NCBI GenBank assembly: GCA_035084275.1
Contig: JAYJKW010000100.1
Span: 1,302,001 to 1,366,000 of the forward strand
Direction: 5' to 3'
Length of the DNA: 64,000 bases
Source: Hydrolagus colliei
Taxonomy: Eukaryota
In this document: positions 12,438 through 25,078 of the stretch, one piece after another
Numbering within the stretch: position 1 is the first letter of the stretch
Layout: each line of letters opens with the position of its first letter
The notes under the pieces: model-generated
The model's input: only the letters and a program-made list of their open reading frames with translations
Told to the model about the DNA's origin: nothing
The model's database searches: none
Made by a program: the position numbers and the translations under genes

Positions 12438-14387
12438 CACCATTTTGTTAGTTATAAATACATTGAATAAAATAATGATAAAACTAAAGATTATGTTCAC
12501 TTCTGCCATGGAAATCCTCAAATAATAACAGATACTTTGAGATCATTTATGTGTACGTTAGTATTTTTTAAATAGTATAATAATCTGAAATTTTATTTGA
12601 TTTTGCAATTCCGTTTTTCATACGATATCAGGAAAACTTTTTTTTAGAAATCAAACTGAGTTTGCCATTTATTCACGTGGGATTTTACACTTTAACAGAA
12701 AGTATTCTCCTCGCGGCCAGAGTTTGTGTAGATCTTTCGGTCTGTTGGAAGATGTTAACTAAAACAAACCTACATATTGCTGTGGTCGACCGTTGGTTCT
12801 GAGTCTTAAACAAAAACCGAGCTCTCAGTCTCTCTCTGCATAGTCTGTAATCTCAATTTCAGCCGTTTGCAATTTCGCTGCTCAATGCCGTCTAATCAAG
12901 TCTCACAAATAATCACAGAGCAAAACTTCACACCCCGAACACAAACAGATTCCATCCAATAATCCAAAAGTTACTCAATCTTCGTTTACGATCAGCCTGA
13001 AGTACTCAGTGACTGAACAGTCAACCCACAAACTCCCTTTCCGCATCACACATGAAGTTCAGTACATTGAACAATGTAACTCACAGTCAGAATTCCGTGC
13101 AGCACAACTAATTACACAACATAATCTAATCATGTAATTAGAAGGAAATGAGATACCGTTTCCTTTCATCCCCAGCTCTGCGGGACTTTGAGCTAATCAG
13201 CTGTGAAATCATTAGTTTGGTGTCAGTGACTGATGCTGTTGTGTGACAAACATCTCACAAGCAGCTGCTAATTTTGCACTTCAGCCTGGAAGTCACAGTT
13301 TACCGTTTGTTTATTGAACATCATCTGTGTTTTTTCCCCTACACACCAGTTCATTTTAAGCAGGAAGCTGATGATTATAGATGAACAACGCTCTCTTGTG
13401 TGACTCAACTTTGCGAGGAAGCACAATTCACTCAATCGCTGTAAAAATAATTTACCGTTAATTCTGAACTGATACTGTCACGGTTAATATCGAGATTGGT
13501 GTGTGGGGGCCGCTGAGGAAATGAAACTATGAAACACATATTAATGTCTATATCAATTCGAATTAAAACCTTCACACTTATTTCAGTATGAACCGTGCAC
13601 GATGATTTGCTGTTGATTTCAGTAACTTCCCAGCAACATGAAACAAAAATAAGATAAAATTTCCAACACTCATCCCATTCCATTCAAGCTACTGGTTTGT
13701 TAGTTGTAGAACAATTGAATCAAATATTGATTTTTTAAAAATAGACACTAATCTCACATTTGGAGGAAATTTTATCGGTAATTTAAGATTTTGCTGTAGG
13801 GTATAAGATTATTTGTATACTTAGAATTCGAAAATTTGATGCAGAGTAACTCTGGTAAACCTGTTTCAAACCGAATTTAAAAAGTACCCACATTTCTACG
13901 GGATTGTACGCGTTACCAATCAATGAAAACACCCCTATTATTTGGGGAAAATATGTACAGCATGAGTTGCTGTATTTTTAGTCACAATCCAACATTATGA
14001 TCTAGCTTTACACTCAGAATCAATCGCTCCCAGACAAGCAGCTACCAACTGCAGACACTTCCCCTACATTAAACTTTGGGGCGTTAAATGCATGTTTGAA
14101 GCGATCAAATAAACTTCTCACTATATCTCCCAAAAATGTCAAAAATTGAGCTGTGACCATTCACCGCGATCGGACATTGCAGAAAGTGCATCAGCATTAG
14201 CTCAGATGGATATTCGTTGAATGAATAATGCACAAGTTCAAAGCAAAAACAGCAAAAACACTTCTAACATAGATAAAACTACGAGATACTCCGTTCATTA
14301 AATCAAATGTCTGTCAAACCGAAAAAAAATCATGCATATAAACAGACAAGGTAAGTGCAGTGAGTGAGATTTTTTTCTCTTTCTTAC

Positions 14388-14438
14388 CTTCAGTCACCGT
14401 CACCTTCGTGCCTCGTCCCCAGTAGTAAGGGTTATAGT
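14388..14438 (-). CDS. ighj: JH gene segment
   Basis: Encodes YNPYYWGRGTKVTVTE (WGxG motif), followed by the g|gtaag donor in phase 1. Confidence 0.96.
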
Positions 14439-14477
14439 CACTGTGCTACAGTCAATGAGCTGCCCACTGCAATAACC
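14439..14477 (+). promoter_or_regulatory. 23-RSS of JH
   Basis: CACTGTG (14439-45), 23-nt spacer, GCAATAACC (14469-77). Confidence 0.85.
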
Positions 14478-14814
14478 TGCTGGGCGGGCAGGAAGCACAA
14501 ACACAATATTAGTATAAATGTTGACTTCCTCAAGCCAAACGCAAGTCACAATGTACATCTGTACGCGCAGAAAAAAATTGAAAAATTCTGTTTTTACCTG
14601 ATAAATGTTTGTATCATTGCCGGTTTCCAATGTTCCTGTCAAACGCCTTGCCTTATCAACATCGGAATGAAGTATACATTTGTATGTTTTATTTCTGTTA
14701 AATTTGGTAATATCCTCAGTGATCAGCACTGTTTTAACCATATCAACTAATTGGTCACTTAGTCAGTCTCAGTTGTGTGAACAATGAGAGAGATTAACTG
14801 GTTATGTGTGGAAG

Positions 14815-14882
14815 GGTTTTTGTATTGGCAGTTAATGCTGTGGTCCATGTATACCACAGTGATGAACACTCGGACAAAAACT
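14815..14882 (-). other. ighd: DH2 segment (14843-14854, GTATACATGGAC) flanked by 12-RSS/12-RSS
   Basis: V side: CACAGTG-12-ACAAAAACT (14855-14882). J side: CACAGCA-12-ACAAAAACC (14842-14815). Confidence 0.93.
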
Positions 14883-15198
14883 ACTGCACAGGATCAAATT
14901 TGAAATATTGACCTGAAATTTCACACAAAGACTGGAGGAGCTCAGTTCAGATTCTCCAATGTGGCATCGTGTAATGTTTCAGTCAGAATACATTTTTATG
15001 TTTATCGGAGACTTTTAATTAATGTGAAGCCACTCACCAGACCCCAATCTTGTTTAGCGACATCATGTAATCTACACTAATCTGAATCCATCTTTTAAAA
15101 AGCAGGATATTTCTGAGGATGATGTACTGTCAGTAACAGTACATTTGGTTAGTGTGAATGTTGTTGTGATTACAGGGTTGAGCAGTCTCTCTGGCTGG

Positions 15199-15276
15199 GG
15201 TTTTTGTATGAGGGGGCGGCTGTTTGCTGCATTGTGACCCACTGTATCCACAGTGATACAGTCCCATACAAATACT
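15199..15276 (-). other. ighd: DH1 segment (15237-15248, GATACAGTGGGT) flanked by 12-RSS/22-RSS
   Basis: V side: CACAGTG-12-ACAAATACT (15249-15276). J side: CACAATG-22-ACAAAAACC (15236-15199). This is the 12/22-23 D1 layout of cartilaginous-fish clusters. Confidence 0.93.
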
Positions 15277-15692
15277 GAGCCCCAACGTCAGCTCAATACT
15301 GGCTGTAACAAATTGTTCAAAGTTTAACTTATCATTTGACATGACACCGACTGTGTCTAGTAATGGCTTCGTATCCACAGAAACAGAAAAATAATTATAA
15401 CCAGCAGCTTTTAACAAGAGAGTACATCTGAACCGTTACACAGCCAATCTCCAATCATTGTCCTTCCCGCCTCAACAGCAGAGATTCACTTAACAGGTAA
15501 AATTATAAAGCATATAATTATATAATATTACAACAAACGTGAGCAGCTCATTCGCCCCATTCAAACCACGATTTGTTCCATTGAATAAGTTTGATAAGAA
15601 ATCCATTACCAGCTTTTTCTTTAAACTTCGTTACAATAACCCAATGCCTGCCTGCGAGTGTAGGGTGGGAGGGGCTGCCTTTCGTCCCCTTG

Positions 15693-15731
15693 TGTATTTG
15701 TAGCGGCTCAGCCCAGTTTCCTCTCACTGTG
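15693..15731 (-). promoter_or_regulatory. 23-RSS of VH
   Basis: CACAGTG (15731-25), 23-nt spacer, ACAAATACA (15701-15693). Confidence 0.92.
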
Positions 15732-16040
15732 ACTGGTCTTTAGCACAGGAATAGGTGGCGGTGTCCTCCACTCTCAGGCTTTTGATGATCAGATCGAAGA
15801 TGTTATTGGAATCCTCTCTGATGACAGTGACACGGTTTTCGATCCCAGCCGCGAAGCGTTTGTTGGATGAGCTGTAATGCCTGAGGAGCTGCTCCCGCTG
15901 TTTCCCGGGAAGCTGCCGGTACCAGTACATGTAATAGCTGCCAATATTGAACCCGCTGGCTCTACAGGTCAGTCTCAGGGACTGGCCAGCTTTCCCGGTT
16001 AGAGACTCCGGCTGTGTCAGCACCACAGCGGTCTGGACAC
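15732..16040 (-). CDS. ighv: VH exon, germline and unrearranged
   Basis: gtttacag|gt acceptor. VVLTQP...LRLTC...MYWYRQ...EDTATYSCAK; both canonical Cys and Trp present, no stops. Confidence 0.97.
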
Positions 16041-16147
16041 CTGTAAACAACAAGAGTAATGATTCTACATTATCCTGACTCGGCGATACGGCAGAGAGAA
16101 TAACACAGACATTGGAATATTGCGATTGACATACAAACAGTACTCAC

Positions 16148-16193
16148 AGGAGAAGAGACACAGCAACAGACTGAGGGATATGAGGGACCTCAT
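16148..16193 (-). CDS. ighv: VH leader exon
   Basis: ATG at 16193; MRSLISLSLLLCLFS plus 1 nt, then a gtgagt donor in frame with the V exon. Confidence 0.93.
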
Positions 16194-16199
16194 CTCTCT

Positions 16200-16370
16200 G
16201 GCCACTTATTAGAACTGAGGCTTCTGCCCAATAACTGAGGGACCGGGAGCTGCCAGATGGACAGATGGGCTCAGTCCCCAGTGACCGCTATTTAACAAGG
16301 ACAAGGGCGGCAGGTATTGGAGAATCGACCAATAGCTGCACGAATTGGGCGAGTCACGCCTTGGATTCCC
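16200..16370 (-). promoter_or_regulatory. Putative octamer-less VH promoter
   Basis: TTAAATA at 16295-16289, CCAAT-like words and GTGACTC upstream, CATCTG E-boxes. No octamer seen, consistent with cartilaginous-fish IgH promoters. Confidence 0.4.
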
Positions 16371-19300
16371 TCTGACCTGCAGAGATCAATCATTCTACCT
16401 TGATATTCTACTTTTACACCTGATTAATATTAATATAGTTCTCAATAGTATCAGTCTCAGGGCTTAAGGGTCGTGAATGATTTCCTTCCAAGCGATTGTG
16501 TGAGGATTTGTAAATTCAAAATAAATCAGCAGAAATAAAATTTCATGGCGCATTTGGTAAAGATATGAAGAGCCTCCTTTGAAAGCCGATGAAAGAAAAA
16601 AAGTCAATTAATTAAAGCAAATTAGGTTACTTTTAGGAAATAAAATATGGAGACAAAATATATAATTTGGGAGATTGGGTATTTGTGAGTTCCGGGATGG
16701 TAGACGGCGCGATGGATCGACCTTGCTCTTATTTAATCTAACTATTCCTATTTTCCTGTTGAAACGATGATGATTATTTTAAGCCCCACGTTTGATAAAG
16801 AGCCTTACTAGCTCAATAAAAGGTAATATTGCCATGAGTGAAATGACTGAGCATCTTGTTGCCCAAAATTAATATTGTATCCTCTGGTTGTGTAATGCAG
16901 AACAAAGCACATTAACTGAAAATAATAGCTAGGATATTTAGGATTGAAAACGCCAAATGGCAATGGAAATCTGGAAATCACTTTCCATCAATACAGTGGA
17001 TACTTGTTCCACCGATATGTTCAAGATTGATGTGGATAGATATCTGTTCGGTTAGCTTTGTGTTATTAAGTGATGCGTGGTAAAGACGTATATTGGGAGA
17101 TGCAGTACAGATCAGCTATGATCTTGTCGAGTTTCAGAACAGGTATGAGGGGCTGACATGCATGCTCAAATATCCATGCTCCAAATGTAAAATGTTCGAT
17201 ATTCTAATTAGGTTAAAATTGAGGCTGACGTTTGAAATACAGAATAATTTTATTGTCTCATCTTCAGTTGCTGCCAATTTGGGCAGGAAGAAATTAATTG
17301 TTTTGTTTCCTTCTGCGGATTTCACTTGGCGTAATTTAGACATGCAATTTATTTTCCTTGCTCTTTTAATCCTTTTTTCTATTTTGTCTCTTGTCAATGT
17401 TTTTTCTTCCTACTAATATTACCTCTCCTTTCTCTTACTTTTCTCCTTGATACCGTTGACATTGTTGAAAATATTTACAACGTTCGCTTCCAGCACAATT
17501 CCAGTGATATTCATTGGCCTTTACAGGCAACGAATTTTGCTTAAATCACAAAATTTATTTTGATGAACTAATATGATGATTATAAACGATTTGATGTGTT
17601 GGCGCAGGCTTTCAATTCTGGTATGATCACTTGATGTGAGAAGCAAGATGGCGAGAGCTGCTGGAGTAGTCAGATCCCAGTGAACTGCGGGGACCAAAGT
17701 CCTGACAGTCTTCCAGGAAAAGAAGAGAAGCAACTGAAGTAGCAAACTGCAAAGAAAAAAAATGTGATGTGAAGTTTGCATCAGAAGTGCTATAAGTGGC
17801 TCATTCCTGAAACTCAAGCATCCTTACTCCACACGCAGTCAGTGAAAAATCCAGGTGTTAGTCGATTAATGGATTGCTTTCCCGGGGTAATAGTACGGTC
17901 AAAACAAACATTATACAGTGAATCTGGTCATTATAGCAAAATCCACAAAGGCTGTTATCTTATAGCAAGCTTGACAAATCACCACAGACACACTCGCACG
18001 ACAGAACACATATCACTGTAATATACACACTGGGTGCATAGAACGATTCAGTGCCAAGCTGACCCACAAAACACTTGGGCATTGACTGAACATGAAGCAA
18101 CAATACAATTTAAAGGTGTATAATTATCATTCCATTTTACATAGCGCCTCATTACATCTTCCAGACTTCTGGAAGGGTTGTTCAGAATATACTGTAAAGA
18201 GTTGTGGGACAAATACGGTACATAATTGTGTTAGTTTTTTTTTTTTAATTATTATTAAAGATACTTTTTCCTGACATTGTTATTTACAAACACCAGGACA
18301 ATCCTTGTAATCAGTCAGTAATTGAAAGCGTCCTTTTTTACATCTTTCGGAATGAACCCAAATAATGTAATCATTTTTAGATGATGAATATCTAATACAT
18401 TTGAAAAAGCTCATTTGAATATTCGTAACTCAAGATTGGTCTATATTAGTATGTTTTTTGTGTATTGGCAGATGTATCCGGCAAAGTATTCAATAACGTT
18501 TTCTGTTGAAATTAAAGAACTCCCAGGCCCCTGGAGCTGTATTTGCTTCGGCAGCAATTCTCTCTAACTTCATTTCTTAATTGTGTCTGCACATTCCTGC
18601 ATGTCCTGGCTTATTATATATCAATCATTCACCTTAACCAACGTCCCAAAAGACTGTGATTATGGCATCCTTAGGTTTGGTATTGCATGGAATATGTGTG
18701 TTGTTACGCAGTCTCATTGTGAAAATGTCATCAAGTATCCGAGTTGATGAATAATGAACTGTGTTTTTATATTGTGGTATATCTATAATATAACGAGGCA
18801 GAGATAGACAGGTACATTATCCTGTAAATAATATGATAACGTCTTACATTCAGCTGGTAATGTGATTATTTATTCCCTGGAAGGTTAAGCCGGTACTGAT
18901 ATATCTTCTGTATTGTCTGTAGTAATCTTGCAGATAAAATAAATAAGAGGGGCTGGCTTCATTTAGCATCCATTAGAATCGATGGCAAGTCTTCAGTCCT
19001 CATATTGCTGTACTGGTTTGTGTTCATTTCTGTTATATTAATTCAAGATTGCGTGTTTATAGGAAGTTAATTTTGGAAGAGTTAACAGAATAATTTATCT
19101 GGATGAAATGTTTAGTCGCAAAATGCTACACAAGTTGCTGTTTTTCGTATCTAACGTTATCTGACTAGGAATAATCTGGAAATATGTTTCACATAGGGTG
19201 AGTCAGCCTACCTTCAGGTGGGGTGGAATCTCAGAATAGAATTGTCAGGAAGCAGCTGTGAGTGTGTGCAGTCAGTCATTGAGTAGCTTCCTGCCCTCAC

Positions 19301-20925
19301 ACCCTGGCGCCCACTCCTTGACTTTTTATACATTAATGCACTTCCCACCAAAAACAGCAGCATCGTCAGCGACACCTGTTTGGTCACCAAAGCAGCTGCG
19401 ATTCTCAGACCAGAAATGGTAGTCAAAATACGGATAATAATAGTTTAGACCTAATCTATTTGTCAAAGCGGCTTTCACACCGGACGAACAGCTGAAAACA
19501 CGTGGATGGTTGACTTTAAAATGTGGTGAAGCCCTTTTCAAATAAACTTAATTCAACCATTTACCCATTCAAGTCTTGCGATTTCCTCCACAAATTTTTG
19601 TCGTTTTCTGTGACAGAAGGTACTTTGTGCAACAAAATATGCTAAGGATCAGACCATTGTGAGTGGCAATATAATTTATCTTCTGGGTGAATTCCATTTA
19701 AAATGCCTAGGTTTGGCATATGTCAATCTAATATTATAGATTACATTAATTATTCAGTTACATTAATCTTGTGATATATTTAAACTCCTGGTTGAATGAG
19801 AAATTGGGATAACAATTATTATTGTTCTGAGTGAAAGTGTGCGGGCTGGTACACAATTTAGAGATGACTGAACTCACAGTTTAATTGAAGAACAAGTAAA
19901 ACATTATATACACTTTGCAGTGAAATCCATAGCGATTGTACCGTATCAATGATTTCAGATGCAATACTAAATTAGTCTGCTTGTATTATTTACTCATTAT
20001 TAGATTGTTACACAACTGTATTAGTTGTCTCTAAACAAACGTTTGAAGTACACTGCACTCCATCTGTTACAATGTCAGACAGGCCCCTTCCCCACCTCAC
20101 AGCTTCCCCTTGTGGAATGGATATGGTCGGCCTGAGGTTTGGGGAATTATTTTGATTGACGGAATAGCTACTTTAAATCACAGTTGTAATATATTCATTT
20201 GGTAATTCATTCAATTGATGCAATTTTTAATTGAAACCCGAGCGTTACCAAATTCTTAAAAGATATTTTCAAAAATAGTAATCCCTTTGTGCACCAGTAA
20301 TTATACGGACAAATGGAAGAGATTCAGATACATTCGTTTGCCCTTCGAACATTATACCAAAACAGCGTTAGGCAGGAATAAACAATATGAATAAATAATC
20401 AGTTGAGTTTCTATGCATGATGTGTCAGAGAGACGTGTTCAACCAGGATGATTCCTAGAGCAGCATGTTATGGTGAAAGAACAGACGAGCTTGGAGCTTT
20501 TCTATCTCCAGAATAGCCGACAAAAGTGAGATCAAATAGAGCTGCTGAAAACGTATCTGGAATTGTTGAAGTAAAGCCGGATAAATATTTTTGTTTGCAA
20601 GAAGCAAGCAGAAGTTTTGGCCGCAACATTCTGGATATTATGCGACATTTCATTACGCACAACAGAATATGTTTCTTCTCTCAGTGAGCAATATACAACT
20701 GGCACATGTTGATCAGATATGTGTTTCTTAGAAACTGTATTCAATAAAAAATATCCTGCGATGTGGCAGCATGATTGTTGTTGGGGAAGGATTGTATGGG
20801 TTGTGACCAAGGGGATTATTTTTCTAATCCTGTTAGCGCAGAATCAAACTCTGACATGTGGTGGCTAGCTTCCTCAAGAGAAGACTCGCTCGAGGAACTC
20901 CAAATGTTTTATATATGAAAATATA

Positions 20926-21245
20926 GTGAGTGAGTGAGTGAGTTCGTTAGTCAGTGAGTGAGTGAGTGAGGTGGGAGGGAGGGAGGGAGGGAGATATCTA
21001 GCTAGGTAGGTAGGTAGATAGTTAGTTAGTTAGTTCGTTCGTTCGTTCGCTGTTTGGTTGGTTGGTTGGTTAGTTAGTTGGTTAGTTAGTTAGTTGGTTA
21101 GTTGGTTAGTTAGTTAGTTAGTTAGTTGGTTGGTTAGTTAGTTAGTCGGTCGGACGGACGGACGGTAGGACGGTCGGACGGACGGTCAATCGGTCGTTCG
21201 ATCGGTCGTTAAGGGAGTCGGCCATTCGATCGGTCGGTTAGTTAA
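20926..21245. repeat. Compound tetranucleotide microsatellite
   Basis: Successive (GAGT)n, (GGGA)n, (AGGT)n, (AGTT)n, (CGTT)n, (TGGT)n and (CGGA)n blocks. Confidence 0.9.
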
Positions 21246-21929
21246 TTAGTTATTACTTTGGCTGCAGTGTACTTCCCTATCCTGCCATTGAGCCATTCTG
21301 GGTAGTGCCGACTAAATGCGGACTTTCCTTGTTCAGAGACCGGATTAGAAATTGTCCTGGACTGGATTCTGATATTGTGCTACTAAGCAACAATTCCCCT
21401 CTATTCAGGCCTGCTCCTCTCCCCTCAATGACCTCAAGAACGCAAACCCCAACCAAAGTATTGAATGGCAATTACAGGGGGCAATGGCTCTCTCTGGCGG
21501 CAGCACATACGTTTCTTGATCATTTGTATACACAGTGAATAATTGTGTCATACGAATAATCCGTGCAGTTGATAGAGTGGATTTCCTATCTTCCAGACGT
21601 CTGAAAGCGCTTCACACTGTTAAGATGAATTGACTGTATTTGGTGGGCTAAACTTGCCCAATGTTGGAATCGAATTCAGGTCTCTCACTTGTAAGGCGAG
21701 CCCTCTAACCACTGTGTCATGGGATTCAGTGATGAAAACTCTATTTGCATAAACACATGATGTGGAATGAAAATAGGTTGGTAAGTTATAACGAAACACA
21801 GATAGAAAGATCCGGAATAGTTATTCCACAAGAACGGCTCAATAAATATAGATGACCTTGTTTCTCTTGAAAACGGTAAGAATTTCTGAAATGAATGATG
21901 TTGCCGCAGTTAGCCACCGGGAGGGGTGG

Positions 21930-23340
21930 TGGTGGGGAGAACTTGAAAGAGAGATACTCACAGAATGAGATAGAGAGAGTGAGGGAGAGAGTCTCAGATA
22001 TTCACACTGAGGGAGACACATGGAGCGAGGGAGAGACACCCACAGGTTCTGTATGACTGTCTATTTCTGGGAAAGACAAACACACACGAGAGAGTAAGAC
22101 ACACACACATATACACTCGCAGCCTCACATACAGAGAGAGACACACACACAAATACACTCGCAGCCTCACATACACAGAGAGAGATACGCGCACATTCAC
22201 ACGCCTTAAAGACACTGGGAGAGAGATGCAAAAGAGAGAGAGAGGTGTGGGGGGGGGGGGGGAAACAGGCACACATACTGAGTGTCAGAGAGAGACACAG
22301 AGAGAGAGAGAGAGAGAGAGGCGGTGGGGAGAAACACACTCATACAGAGAGAGAGGGAGACGGTAGACATACATATATAGAGAGAAAGTGTGGAAACATT
22401 CACACATATAGAGCGAGCGACACACACATTTACAGAGTGAGAGAGTGTGGGAGACACATTAATATACACAGAGAGAGGAGGGCGACAAACATACAGATAG
22501 AGAGACACACACACACACACAAGCAGAGAGAGGACTGAGAAACATACTCATAAAGAGAGGGGAGACACACATTTGCATAGAGAGAGGGGGGAGACACAAA
22601 CAGATACATAGAGGGAGAAATATAGACACACATACATACAGAGAGAGGTGAGGATAGACACACACATATACAGACGGGAGGGGGGTGAGAGACACATGCA
22701 GAGAGCGCTGGCGAGAAACATACTCATATGGAGAGAGGGAGAGGCACACACACATGCACAGAGAGAGTGAGGGGAACACACACACATTCAGAAAGAGAGG
22801 AGACACCCATATATACAGATATATATATATGGAGAGAGGGGGAGAAATACAACCATATAAAGAGATGAGGGGGGAGACATACATCTATAGGGAGGTTGGA
22901 GACATACACACATATGGAGCAAGAACACGCTCTCCTGCAGAGAGAGGGACAGAAGGTGTGGGAGACACACACACAGAAACATAGGGAGCGGGGGATACAC
23001 ACACAGAATGAGACAGACACGCACACACATTCAGAGGGGGGGAGGCTAGAAACATACACACAGAGACAGGGTGGGAGACACACACACTCAGCCCCCGCCT
23101 CTCACGCAGAGACACACAGCCCCCACACATACACAACCCCTCGCACAGAAACACAGCCACACCCCCCACATACAGGCCCCTCACACATCCACCTACACCC
23201 CAGACATACAGCTCCCCCTTCCCACACACATACACTCAGTCCCTCCACACACATAAAGACTCTCACGCAGACATACACTCCCCCCCCCCCCGCTCCCCCA
23301 CACGCACATAGTAATCCCTCAAACAGCCACACAGCCCCCC
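21930..23340. repeat. GA/CA-rich low-complexity tract
   Basis: Degenerate (GA)n/(CA)n; the overlapping ORFs are low-complexity artefacts. Confidence 0.85.
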
Positions 23341-23704
23341 ACTTGCAGTTATAATGTATAAGTTGGTGCAGTCCTGTAGCTCAGTGTTTGGAGCAATCGC
23401 CTCACAAGCCAGAGAACTGGGTTCAATTCCAGACAGGGGGCAGCTTGGGCTGGTTTCCATCTCCACACGTCTAATAACAACCACACAACAACAAATAGTT
23501 ACATAATACTGATATCATTATTAGTCAAGAAATAATAATTAATTAATTCATTAATTGGGAAACAAAAAGAAATACGAAACAATTAAAAATAATTTAAAAA
23601 TTGATTTAAAAAATTAATTTAAAAAATCTAAATTGGAAAAAAGCCAAATAACAAACAATTTTTAAATTTTGTAAAAACAATCTAGTGAGAGCCAGTGGGC
23701 GGGT

Positions 23705-23995
23705 CTCTCTCTCTCTCTCCTGTCAATCACTGATTACCAGGGAAACGGGGGGCGTCCACGCTCCCTTTACATTGAATGACTGGTTACCAGGGAAACGGGG
23801 GGCGTCTCTCTCTCTCCTGTCAATCACCGATTACCATGGAAACGGGGTACGTCTCTCGCTCCCTTTCCTGTCAATGATTGGTTACCTGGGAAACTGGGGG
23901 CGTCTCTCTCTCTCTCCTGTCAATCACTGGTTACCAGGGAGACAATGTTGCGCGCAGGCATTTCGCGTCATCAACTTCGGTCAGCAGGTCACGTG
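23705..23995 (+). promoter_or_regulatory. CpG-containing promoter and non-coding exon 1 of the zinc-finger gene, with five tandem X-box-like motifs
   Basis: ~50-bp units carrying (G/A)TTACC(A/T)(G/T)GGA(A/G)AC at 23733, 23783, 23830, 23881 and 23930. CpG-rich stretch with GTCACGTG, then a gtgagt donor at 23996. Confidence 0.55.
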
Positions 23996-24045
23996 GTGAG
24001 TGTCCCCGCTGGCGGCGGCAGAGACACAGAGAGAGGAGAAGGTGA

Positions 24046-24381
24046 GAGCTGCCTGTGTACAGCCTGAGATACACAGAGAGAAGGTGGGAGCTGCCTGTGT
24101 ACAGCCTGAGATACACAGAGAGAAGGTGGGAGCTGCCTGTGTACAGCCTGAGATACACAGAGAGAAGGTGGGAGCTGCCTGTGTACAGCCTGAGATACAC
24201 AGAGAGAAGGTGGGAGCTGCCTGTGTACAGCCTGAGATACACAGAGAGAAGGTGGGAGCTGCCTGTGTACAGCCTGAGATACACAGAGAGAAGGTGGGAG
24301 CTGCCTGTGTACAGCCTGAGATACACAGAGAGAAGGTGGGAGCTGCCTGTGTACAGCCTGAGATACACAGAGAGAAGGTGG
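24046..24381 (+). repeat. 42-bp minisatellite, 8 copies
   Basis: Unit gagctgcctgtgtacagcctgagatacacagagagaaggtgg; 336 bp = 8 x 42. Confidence 0.95.
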
Positions 24382-25078
24382 GAGAGAGAGAGAGAGAGGG
24401 TGAGTCTGTGTGGCTGTGTGCATGGGTGTAGCTGTGTGTGTGTGTCTGTGTGTGTATGTGTGAATGGCTGTGTGTGTCTCTGTGTGTGTGTCCCTGACCC
24501 CCCTTGTTTCCCAGTAGGTGGTTCTGCTGTGAGGTTGAGTGTGGCTGCTGTGTGTGTGTGTTTGTGTGTGTGATAGAGAGTGTGTGTGTGTCTCTGTGAG
24601 AGTGTGTATGTGTGAGAGTGAGTGTGTTTGTGTGTGTGTGTGATAGAGAGTGTGTGTGTGTCTCTGTGAGAGTGTGTATGTGTGAGAGTGAGTGTGTTTG
24701 TGTATGTGTGTGAGAGAGAGTGTGTGTGTCTCTGTGTGTGTGTCCCTGACCCCCCTTGTTTCCCAGTAGGTGGTTCTGCTGTGAGGTTGAGTGTGGCTGC
24801 TGTGTGTGTGTGTTTGTGTGTGTGATAGAGAGTGTGTGTGTGTCTCTGTGAGAGTGTGTATGTGTGAGAGTGAGTGTGTTTGTGTGTGTGTGTGATAGAG
24901 AGTGTGTGTGTGTGTCTCTGTGAGAGTGTGTATGTGTGAGAGTGAGTGTGTTTGTGTATGTGTGTGAGAGAGAGTGTGTGTGTCTCTGTGAGAGTGTGTA
25001 TGTGTGAGAGTGAGTGTGTTTGTGTGTGTCTTACTAACCCCCCCCCCACCCTTGTCTCCCTGCACAGAGTCCTGGTCT

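Noticed and set aside
9730-14387. Possible hidden CH1 exon or class-switch region in the J-C intron
   Set aside because: No C1-set Cys/Trp pattern in the listed ORFs or by eye, and no switch-like tandem repeat (only a 21-G run at 10695-10715). A very decayed remnant cannot be excluded without an HMM search.
18440-18510. ENVIEYFAGYIC peptide on the minus strand, reminiscent of P-element/THAP transposase C-termini
   Set aside because: Only 12 residues, flanked by stops, with no other transposase motif or terminal inverted repeats seen.
21743-21750. Perfect octamer ATTTGCAT
   Set aside because: 5.5 kb from the VH start, next to a SINE head; expected by chance in AT-rich DNA.
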